From the NCBI GenBank assembly GCA_001430755.1, contig CP013062.1:840001-872000 (forward strand): a stretch of DNA of 32,000 nucleotides, written 5' to 3'. The notes under the pieces are model-generated. The model did no database searches, had not been told where the DNA came from, and saw only the letters and a program-made list of their open reading frames with translations. Position numbers and translations under genes: made by a program. Numbering within the stretch: the first letter of the stretch is position 1; every line of letters begins with the position of its first letter. Origin of the DNA: Candidatus Peribacter riflensis. Lineage in GTDB: Bacteria; Patescibacteriota; Gracilibacteria; Peribacterales; Peribacteraceae. Positions 8,394 to 15,452 of this stretch are shown piece by piece.

Positions 8394-8427
8394 GTGCCGA
8401 AGTCGGGCTTTGCCCGACTGGAGGCAC
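8394..8427 (-). terminator. possible terminator or structured leader between the GT2 gene and rplY
   Basis: The minus strand reads GTGCC-tcca-GTCGGGC-aaa-GCCCGAC-ttc-GGCAC, 22 nt after the GT2 stop. The tail is only weakly U-rich (GAATTATTG). Confidence 0.3.
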
Positions 8428-8448
8428 ACAGCTGAGGGAAGAGTGAGT

Positions 8449-9363
8449 TCATGGGAGGGAAACCGTAGGTGTCCCTTCCATGCCTCGCCGCCATTTCCAG
8501 AAGTATTTCAGGGCACTGGCAATGTGAATGCGTCCTGTGCGACGCAGGAGGAGTGAAAAGAACCCTCCGCCGCTCAGGCGCTGTTTGCGGTCCTGCGCCA
8601 CGATGGAAGAGGCGAAGACAACGCGCTTGCCGGCCAGACGGCAGCGGCGACAGAGATCCATATCTTCGAAAAAGAGGAAGAACCGCTCGTCGAACCCGTG
8701 AAGCTGATCGAAGAAATCTTTGCGGAAGAAGAGGCATGCCCCCACCACCCAGTCGGTGTCACGGACGGGAACATCCGGCGCATCGGCCTGCAGATAATGA
8801 CGGAGCCTGCTCCGAAAGATGTGCTGCAGAAACGTTCGCTTGATCAGAACGTCGAGGAGTGTAGGGAACGCCCGCGCAGACTCGCGGGATCGGCCGTCGG
8901 GGAACTGAAGTTTTGGCGCGAGAATGCCGATGGAGGGATCCTCGCGGAGCATCCGCACCATGCGCTCCAGCCCTGCAGGCTCCAGCTCGTTATCGGGATT
9001 GATGATCAGCAGGTACTCGCCGTTGGCGAACCGCGCCGCGTAGTTGTTGCCTGCGCCGTATCCGCGGTTGCGATTGGACTCGAGCAGCCGCACCTGAGGA
9101 TGATGATCGACTTGTCCCCCGAAGCCTTGCTTGCCGGACGAAGTCTTGCCTGCCGGCTGAAGCCGAAGCGAAGGCTGGGCGGAGTCCGGGCGAAGGGGGA
9201 AATGCGCGCGGAGCGTCCCGATACTGTCATCTTCGGAGTGGTTGTCGATGACGAGGATCTCGATGTCGCCTGCGATGGTCTGTGTGAGAAGCGACTGCAC
9301 ACACTTCACCGCATCCTGCGCTGACCAGGTGGTGACGATGATGGCCGAGACGAGCGGTTGCAT
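8449..9363 (-). CDS. family 2 glycosyltransferase
   Basis: Track ORF 8449..9426. I prefer ATG 9363 (MQPLVSAIIVTTWSAQDAVKCVQSL...ILVIDNHSEDDS), which gives the usual GT2 N-terminus. Other motifs: NRGYGAGNNYA and FFLFFEDMDLCRR (DxD/ED region). Start 9426 remains possible. Confidence 0.85.
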   Translation of the reverse strand: MQPLVSAIIVTTWSAQDAVKCVQSLLTQTIAGDIEILVIDNHSEDDSIGTLRAHFPLRPDSAQPSLRLQPAGKTSSGKQGFGGQVDHHPQVRLLESNRNRGYGAGNNYAARFANGEYLLIINPDNELEPAGLERMVRMLREDPSIGILAPKLQFPDGRSRESARAFPTLLDVLIKRTFLQHIFRSRLRHYLQADAPDVPVRDTDWVVGACLFFRKDFFDQLHGFDERFFLFFEDMDLCRRCRLAGKRVVFASSIVAQDRKQRLSGGGFFSLLLRRTGRIHIASALKYFWKWRRGMEGTPTVSLP

Positions 9364-9474
9364 CGAGAGAAGGTTAGCGAGGCTGAAGAGGTTAGAGAAG
9401 CCAGATAGGTTCAACCTTTCAGACATTCCTCACTTCTCTAACCTCTCAAACCTCACTCGTGGCATGATAGCCCC

Positions 9475-11889
9475 GTGTCCAAGAAGAAGAACCCAAAGGA
9501 GGCTGAACTGAAGAAGCGTGTTGCCAAACTCCCCGCCAAACCCGGTGTGTACCGTTGGCTCGATGCCAAAGGCACGGTGCTCTACGTGGGCAAGGCCCTG
9601 AACCTGCGCAAGCGCGTGACGAGCTACATGAGTAAGGAGGCTCAGCTTGGACCGTGGAAGCAGTCGCTCATGGAAAAAGTGACCGACGTCTCGGTGACGG
9701 TCACCCGTTCGGAGCTGGAGGCGCTCATTCTCGAGACGAACCTCATCAAGCAGAAGAAGCCTAAGTACAACGTGCTGATGAAGGACGACAAGAACTACGT
9801 ATACGTGCGAATCTCGCTACAGGAGCCATTTCCGCGCATCGACCTTGTGCGCAAACCTGCAGAGGATAAGGCCAAATATTTCGGTCCGTACGTGAGCGCC
9901 TTCGAAATCCGCGAGACCCTCACGCTGCTTCGACGCGTGTTTCCCTATCGCACGTGCAAGATGGGCATTGAGCCCGCAATGGACACACTTTCCTCCCCCC
10001 GCGGGGGAGGGACCGAGGGAGAGGGGTTAGGGGTGAGGGTTGTCATCAAAAACCGCGACCGCCCCACACCCTGCCTGGATTACCACATCAAGCAGTGTTG
10101 CGGCCCCTGCATCGGCTGCGTGACGCCCGATGCCTATCACAGAGAGGCCATCGAGGGCGTGATCGATTTTCTCAAGGGAAAGACGGAAGACGCCCTCGCA
10201 CTGCTCTCGGAACGGATGAAGGCAGTCGCGCGCGACCACAAGTTCGAACAGGCGGCGAAATTGCGCGATGCGCTACAGACGATCCAGCGTCTCTCGGAGA
10301 AACAGATCATCTCAGATACATCGGGCGAAGATGCCGATATCTTCGGCGTCGCCGTGGAATCGGGTCGCGTGCACGTGGTGCTCCTCAAAGAACGGAATGG
10401 AAAAGTGATCGACGAATCTTCCTTTACTCTTCTCGGACATGCCGAGAACGCAGCCGAGGCTCTGGAGCAATTCCTGCCGCAGTACTACCTGGATGCCCCC
10501 GACGTGCCGCCGCTCCTGCTCTTGCCGGAGGACATTGCGGAGCAGGACTTGCTCGAAAAGTGGCTCACCGATCGCCGGGGTTCCAAGGTGATGATCCACG
10601 TGCCAGAGCGCGGAAAGAAAAATAAGCTCCTCGAGCTCGCCGAAGAGAACGCGCGCGAAAAAGTGCAGCACTTCGAAACGAGTTGGGAGGCTGCCGCACG
10701 CAACGTTTCGGATGCCCTGAAGGAACTGAAGGCGACGCTCGGCCTGCCGACCGCGCCCAAGCGCATCGAAGGACCTGCCCTGAGACGCATCGAAGGGTAC
10801 GATATTTCGCATTTGAGCGGCACGGAAACGGTAGGGAGCATGTCCGTTTTCGTTGATGGCAAGCCAAAAAACGACCAGTACCGATCGTTCACCATCCGCA
10901 CGATGAAAGAGGGGGACATCGACGACTATCGCGCGCTCAAAGAGGTGCTCAGGCGCCGGCTTCTCCACTTGAGACAGGACCTGAAGCAGGAAGAAAAGAT
11001 CTTGAAGCAGGAAGGCATCGTCATCCGCAAATCCAGGAAGGCGGATCTGGACGTAATCACAAAAATCATCAAGGCACATCCGCAGGAAATCGACGATGCA
11101 GACAGCCGTTCCGGAGGATACCTCCTCGCAGAGCAGCAGAAAAAGATCATCGCGTTCTGCCGCCTGTACCAGCACAAGGATAAAACGCTGGAACTCGCTT
11201 CGCTCTTCGTGGACAAGAAGGTACGCGGCCGGAGACTGGGACATTTCCTCGCCCAAAAACTCCTCAGGCCCCTGAAGAAAGGCAAGGTCTACATCGAGAT
11301 CCATCCAGAGCTGCAGGAGTACTACGCGGAATTGGGCTTCCGCCCCGTGCACACGGCCCCTCCACCCATTGTCGCGAAAGCAAAACGCTGTCAGAAGCGC
11401 TTTTGTGAAAAGACCGCCGCACTCTTCATGATGCTCGAGGTGAGGAAATCCAAGCCGGATGTATCGCTGACCTCGACTCCGGATCTCCTGCTCATCGACG
11501 GCGGCAAGGGCCAGCTGAGTGCGGCCTTGGAAATCCTCGGGGAACTGCATCAACCGATCCCTGTCATCGGGCTCGCGAAGAAAGAAGAAGAAATCTTCGT
11601 CCCGGGGAATCCGGGCCCCATCACCTTCGCAAAAGATTCGCCTGCACGCTTCCTCCTGATGCGCCTGCGCGATGAAGCGCACCGCTTCGCCAATGCGCAC
11701 CGCGAAACGCGCTTGAAGAAACGCGCTGTCTTCTCGGTGTTGGATAGTATCCCGGGGATCGGCCCCCAAACGCGCGTAAAGCTCTTAAAGCGCTTTGGTT
11801 CGCTCGAAGCCATTCGGGCCGCAAAAGATGAAGATCTGCTCAAAATCCTCTCGCAGTCGCAGCTGAAAACCTTCCGCGAGCAACTCTGA
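9475..11889 (+). CDS. uvrC: excinuclease ABC subunit C, unusually long (804 aa) with two insertions
   Basis: GTG start. GIY-YIG region (PGVYRWLD..GTVLYVGKALNLRKRV), UVR domain (FEQAAKLRDALQTIQRL), endonuclease region (IEGYDISHLSGTETVGSMSVF...PDLLLIDGGKGQL...VIGLAKKEEEIF) and C-terminal HhH2 (IPGIGPQTRVKLLKRFGSLEAI). See findings for the insertions at residues ~163-195 and ~505-660. Confidence 0.95.
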   Translation: MSKKKNPKEAELKKRVAKLPAKPGVYRWLDAKGTVLYVGKALNLRKRVTSYMSKEAQLGPWKQSLMEKVTDVSVTVTRSELEALILETNLIKQKKPKYNVLMKDDKNYVYVRISLQEPFPRIDLVRKPAEDKAKYFGPYVSAFEIRETLTLLRRVFPYRTCKMGIEPAMDTLSSPRGGGTEGEGLGVRVVIKNRDRPTPCLDYHIKQCCGPCIGCVTPDAYHREAIEGVIDFLKGKTEDALALLSERMKAVARDHKFEQAAKLRDALQTIQRLSEKQIISDTSGEDADIFGVAVESGRVHVVLLKERNGKVIDESSFTLLGHAENAAEALEQFLPQYYLDAPDVPPLLLLPEDIAEQDLLEKWLTDRRGSKVMIHVPERGKKNKLLELAEENAREKVQHFETSWEAAARNVSDALKELKATLGLPTAPKRIEGPALRRIEGYDISHLSGTETVGSMSVFVDGKPKNDQYRSFTIRTMKEGDIDDYRALKEVLRRRLLHLRQDLKQEEKILKQEGIVIRKSRKADLDVITKIIKAHPQEIDDADSRSGGYLLAEQQKKIIAFCRLYQHKDKTLELASLFVDKKVRGRRLGHFLAQKLLRPLKKGKVYIEIHPELQEYYAELGFRPVHTAPPPIVAKAKRCQKRFCEKTAALFMMLEVRKSKPDVSLTSTPDLLLIDGGKGQLSAALEILGELHQPIPVIGLAKKEEEIFVPGNPGPITFAKDSPARFLLMRLRDEAHRFANAHRETRLKKRAVFSVLDSIPGIGPQTRVKLLKRFGSLEAIRAAKDEDLLKILSQSQLKTFREQL

Positions 11890-11966
11890 AACGATGTACC
11901 CAATGTCTCCTGAGCTACAAAACAACATACAAAACAGCAATCGCCCTAAGTCCCAATTCCTAATCC

Positions 11967-12521
11967 CTAACTCTCCGGCATGTGATCGTACCGCTGATAC
12001 TTCGTCACGACTTCGCTGATCTTGGCCGCCACTTCCTGCGCGCGTGGCACGTACCGCTTGATGATGCGATCTCCGCCCAATCCCTCCTTGAGGTGAACGC
12101 TCACGATGCCGAACGGAAAGATGTTCCAGAACTGCGTCTTGGTCGAAACACCCCCCACGTTCTCAAGATTCAGTGGTTTGATTTCCTGCCGGAAAATAGA
12201 AGTTTGATCCACGAAGATGATCTTGTCGGTCGTGACGAGAATGAAGTCGTACGCCCAGTCGATGTACGCACGCAGCAGATTGAAGAACACGAACACGAAC
12301 CACAGCAGAAACAGAATGCCCACCGTCCATCCGAGCGGGGCCTTAAATATCACCGCGACGACTCCCGCCGCCACGAGAAGGATGGTCAGAATCATTTCGC
12401 GCAGGCTCGCGAAAAAGAATGAAAGGCCATGGTAGTACGTCATCAGCACCTCCTTCTCCCCTGCCGAGAGGAACTGCTTCTTGAGCTTCTCGGTATCCGT
12501 TTCGAGGGCGAAGATGCGCAT
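11967..12521 (-). CDS. membrane protein with bacterial PH-like (YdbS/YdbT-type) domain, 184 aa
   Basis: Track ORF 11967..12776. I use the internal ATG 12521 (MRIFALETDTEKL), because the upstream gene ends at 12578 and the earlier codons look non-coding. Two TM helices (ILTILLVAAGVVAVIF, VGILFLLWFVFVFFNLL), then WAYDFILVTTDKIIFVDQTSIFRQEIKPLNLENV...GIVSVHLK. Confidence 0.7.
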   Translation of the reverse strand: MRIFALETDTEKLKKQFLSAGEKEVLMTYYHGLSFFFASLREMILTILLVAAGVVAVIFKAPLGWTVGILFLLWFVFVFFNLLRAYIDWAYDFILVTTDKIIFVDQTSIFRQEIKPLNLENVGGVSTKTQFWNIFPFGIVSVHLKEGLGGDRIIKRYVPRAQEVAAKISEVVTKYQRYDHMPES

Positions 12522-12577
12522 GGGGGGAGAATACTGGAATATGGGAGGAAATGATAAAGAAAGAACTCGTACGGTGT

Positions 12578-14287
12578 TCATCGTTTTTTCCTCATCCAAA
12601 ACACATATCCCCACAGCAGCACAATCCCCAGCGCATAGCATCCCGCGCTCAAGAGCGTGAAGAGCGCCGATGGCGACTGCTGCAGGCTCGCAAGAGTGCC
12701 CTCGGGATGAAACAACACCTGGAACAGCAGGAATACAACAACGAAGAACTGCACCGCCCAGATCCACCTGCGCCACTGGAAGATCATCCCGCCGGCGATA
12801 GAGGGCAAGGGGAGCAACTCAAAGAACACGCCTTCCAGCAGAATGATGAAGAGCAGATTACCGACGTCGTAGAGGGCCGCAAACGGACTCAAGACCGGCA
12901 GCAACAGCCAAATGACCACCGCAATGAGGAGCATCCACATCAGACTCAGAGTCTCGAGAAGGCCTTCATTGCTCTGGGCATGGAGAGTGAGAAACAGCCC
13001 GACTGGCAGACCATACATGTAACCCGGACTCAATTGGAACTTGCGGCTCACGTACACGCACAAGAGCGCCACCAGTAATCCGGTGATGTTGCCCTCGAAC
13101 CATGCCGGGCATTTCCAGCGGCGGGCGATGATGGCGCGCAACACATCAGGCGTGTAAGCCGCCGCAACAACGGTGACGACCGCCACCAGAACAATGCCGA
13201 AATTCTCGGGTGGGAACAGGCTGAACTGCGGGTTGATATATGCTCCGACGATGCCGTAGAGCACCAGCAGCAGAAGCACAAACCACAGTGCCCGGCTGAT
13301 GTGTTTGCGGCTGAAAAAGCCCCCAATGGGCACGTTGCCGAATAGAGCGGCGAGCCGGGTTTTCATCGCATCGCCTTCTGAGACAAGCAGCGCATTTAGG
13401 AGTCCATTCGAAACACCGGTGACGACCAGGAAGAAAAACGCAAACAGGGGAACACGCAGCAGCGACGTGGCTGTGGCCTCCGAGAAACCCAGCGCCGAGG
13501 CAGTCGGCACAAGCCACTCGTAGAGCTCAATCAAGAGGATGGTCAGAACCGCCTGGAACGGCAACCGAGCCAGCGTGCGGCGCAAGGTCTGGGCGTCACT
13601 GCGCGCAAGACGGCGCAACACTTCACCGCCGAAACCGATGACGAGTGTCATCAGGAGCGCCAGCAATGCATTGCCCCCCATTGTCTGCAGCGAAAATGAC
13701 TCCGGGCGGGCGATAGCGTCCGGATCAATGACCGCCACATCGTAGCCGAAATGGGCGCGGTCCCAGAAACCGGAGTCTTTGGGTGGCTCGGGTGGAGGCA
13801 TCGCTGCGACACTGCTGCTCTGCACGCTCGATGTCGATGACGACGAACTGACAACCGCCAGAGATGAAGCTGGCACTTTTACCGGTGGCCGGGAAACCGA
13901 TGAGGAACTGGATGATGCCGGTGGCGAAACCGACACCGCACTGAATTGGCTGGAGGACGACAAGGAAGTCAAAGACTGCGATGCTGCCGACGACGTGCCG
14001 CTCGAAACCGGAGTCTCGCTCGAAGAAGAGTCTGCACTCGTGCTTTGCGAAGAGTCCGCGCTCGATGCCGGTAATGCGAACGATGATTCTGCGCTTGATG
14101 CAGGCGGATCACGCGGATCGGTTGCCGCATCATCGGCCGGAGGATCCTTGGACGGTACCGTGGACCCAGACACGCTTGCCGGAACTTCTCCGGTCTGTGC
14201 CGACACGGCAGCAGGATGCAGCAAGCCGAGTACAATCCAGGCCGCCACGGCGATCAGAACGAGGATCAGGGACAATGAACGCCGCAT
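12578..14287 (-). CDS. secreted/polytopic membrane protein with Ser-rich extracytoplasmic region, 569 aa
   Basis: Track ORF 12578..14308 (GTG). I start at ATG 14287 (MRRSLSLILVLIAVAAWIVLGLLHPAAVSAQ, signal-peptide-like), because a TATACT -10 box sits 6 nt upstream of it. After ~150 Ser/Pro/Ala-rich residues come about 9-10 hydrophobic helices. Family not recognised with confidence. Confidence 0.8.
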   Translation of the reverse strand: MRRSLSLILVLIAVAAWIVLGLLHPAAVSAQTGEVPASVSGSTVPSKDPPADDAATDPRDPPASSAESSFALPASSADSSQSTSADSSSSETPVSSGTSSAASQSLTSLSSSSQFSAVSVSPPASSSSSSVSRPPVKVPASSLAVVSSSSSTSSVQSSSVAAMPPPEPPKDSGFWDRAHFGYDVAVIDPDAIARPESFSLQTMGGNALLALLMTLVIGFGGEVLRRLARSDAQTLRRTLARLPFQAVLTILLIELYEWLVPTASALGFSEATATSLLRVPLFAFFFLVVTGVSNGLLNALLVSEGDAMKTRLAALFGNVPIGGFFSRKHISRALWFVLLLLVLYGIVGAYINPQFSLFPPENFGIVLVAVVTVVAAAYTPDVLRAIIARRWKCPAWFEGNITGLLVALLCVYVSRKFQLSPGYMYGLPVGLFLTLHAQSNEGLLETLSLMWMLLIAVVIWLLLPVLSPFAALYDVGNLLFIILLEGVFFELLPLPSIAGGMIFQWRRWIWAVQFFVVVFLLFQVLFHPEGTLASLQQSPSALFTLLSAGCYALGIVLLWGYVFWMRKKR

Positions 14288-14293
14288 GGGCAC

Positions 14294-14299
14294 AGTATA
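14294..14299 (-). promoter_or_regulatory. -10 box TATACT, 6 nt upstream of ATG 14287 (leaderless arrangement)
   Basis: The minus strand reads GGCTATATACTGTGCCCATG. The spacing matches that at rlmH and at the nucleotidyltransferase gene. Confidence 0.45.
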
Positions 14300-14436
14300 T
14301 AGCCCCACAGTGCAGAAACCGAACGACTATCCCGAGACGTTGTTTCCGCGTAGTTGGCAATCCCGCGGATGCGGTTCACGCTCCTTGCGTTTCGCATTTC
14401 GTCATTCTCCTTGCGGCGCGCCGTGTCGTCATGCTC

Positions 14437-14442
14437 TATACT
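14437..14442 (+). promoter_or_regulatory. -10 box TATACT, 9 nt upstream of ATG 14452
   Basis: Sequence ATGCTCTATACTGTCGATCCTATG. If real, it excludes the alternative start at 14431. Confidence 0.4.
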
Positions 14443-14451
14443 GTCGATCCT

Positions 14452-15105
14452 ATGCAGAAGCTCTGGTACCTGTCGCATTTGGATCTCTTTGAGGGCATCT
14501 CCGAGGAGGAGGTCCACCGGATCTCCGAGCGGGCGACGGATCTTCAGAGTACCGACCGGATCACGCTCTATACGCCGTTCGACGGCTGCGACCGGAACGT
14601 CTTCATCGTCAAAGAGGGCGAGGTCGTCCTCTATCACTCCGCGGACGGGAAGCGGAAGATCTTCGACGTTCTCGGCCCGGGTATGCTCTTTGGAAATTTC
14701 GTGCCCAATACCGAAACGGTCTCCCACTATGCGGAGGCGTTGCCGGGAACCCGCATTTGCACCTTTCCGCCGGAGGATTTGCAGCGGGTCGTCACCGCCC
14801 ATCCCGAAGTGCTTGCCCGCCTGCTCGGAAAGCTCACCGAACGTCTGCACGATTACGAGGCGCGTCTGCAAATGGATATGGCAAGTGCGCAGGAGAAGGT
14901 ACTCGGAGAGCTGAAGCGCTACTCTCACAAAAAGCGCAATCTCTTCTCGTGGTTCCGTGATGAGACACCGCTTGCCCTCTCACATGAACGCATCGCTGAA
15001 CTCACGGGATTGAATCGCGTCACGGTGACACGGGCCATCAAAATTCTCCGTCATCGCGATCTGATCGCGATGGACGATCAGGGGCGCATCGTTCTGCATC
15101 ATTAA
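14452..15105 (+). CDS. Crp/Fnr family transcriptional regulator, 217 aa
   Basis: Internal start of track ORF 13981..15105. cNMP-binding-like N-domain (LFEGISEEEVHRISERA...VFIVKEGEVVLY....GKRKIFDVLGPGMLFG) and C-terminal HTH (LSHERIAELTGLNRVTVTRAIKILRHRDLI). Confidence 0.85.
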   Translation: MQKLWYLSHLDLFEGISEEEVHRISERATDLQSTDRITLYTPFDGCDRNVFIVKEGEVVLYHSADGKRKIFDVLGPGMLFGNFVPNTETVSHYAEALPGTRICTFPPEDLQRVVTAHPEVLARLLGKLTERLHDYEARLQMDMASAQEKVLGELKRYSHKKRNLFSWFRDETPLALSHERIAELTGLNRVTVTRAIKILRHRDLIAMDDQGRIVLHH

Positions 15106-15123
15106 CTTGGCGAACAGGGATGT

Positions 15124-15152
15124 GTAGCCGCGGCTACTGCGCGGTGTTTTTT
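15124..15152 (+). terminator. possible rho-independent terminator after the crp-like gene
   Basis: Short GC stem (palindrome GTAGCCGCGGCTAC, or CCGCG..CGCGG) followed by TGTTTTTT, starting 19 nt after the stop. The stem is short. Confidence 0.4.
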
Positions 15153-15189
15153 CCGGCGATAGAGTGCGGTCTCTTTTCCCCCTTCCCCT

Positions 15190-15336
15190 ATGGAAAACGA
15201 TCGCTGTCTCTGCGGCACCGCCCTCTGCGAGGCATGCGGCAGGTGCTCCACGTGCGAGACGTGCACCTGTCGCACACAGAACACACGAACAGATCGCGAA
15301 AAACGACCTGTTTCGACCAATGTGTTCTCCGATTGA
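15190..15336 (+). CDS. candidate 48-aa Cys-rich small protein (8 Cys in residues 6-27)
   Basis: Below the track's size cut-off, so hand translated: MENDRCLCGTALCEACGRCSTCETCTCRTQNTRTDREKRPVSTNVFSD. It is preceded by the CT-rich G-free leader CTCTTTTCCCCCTTCCCCT seen at other starts. The Cys block overlaps a DNA/RNA hairpin (15240..15269), so it may instead be non-coding. Confidence 0.3.
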   Translation: MENDRCLCGTALCEACGRCSTCETCTCRTQNTRTDREKRPVSTNVFSD

Positions 15337-15452
15337 CCGACACAGGCGGGTCCGTTCGCCTCCGTCGCTTGTAGCCTGTGCTACAGCGCACCGTTGTCAT
15401 CACAACGACACCCATGGAGAGTGAGAACTCATTTCTTCCCCCTTCTGTTCCT

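Noticed and set aside
10755-10800. Local duplication in uvrC (CGCATCGAAGG twice, giving PKRIEGPALRRIEGYD)
   Set aside because: It is a real 27-nt-spaced direct repeat, but it adds only about 9 residues just before the conserved IEGYDISH motif. This is a minor in-frame slippage-type duplication without obvious significance.
10312-11769. 485-aa minus-strand ORF
   Set aside because: It is antisense to uvrC, low-complexity (R/E/F/L-rich) and has no recognisable domain. It is a shadow ORF.
11885-11899. Identical 12-mer CTGAAACGATGT spanning the stop codons of both uvrC (11885-11896) and the hcp-like gene (16060-16071)
   Set aside because: By a rough estimate, tens of identical 12-mer pairs are expected by chance in 32 kb. 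Flanking sequence is unrelated and no structure is shared. Treated as coincidence.
13779-14492. 237-aa acidic plus-strand ORF (and the upstream part of 13981..15105)
   Set aside because: It is antisense to the Ser-rich region of the 569-aa membrane protein (AGC/TCG codons read as Asp/Glu/Leu on the other strand). The real plus-strand gene, the Crp/Fnr regulator, begins only at 14452.
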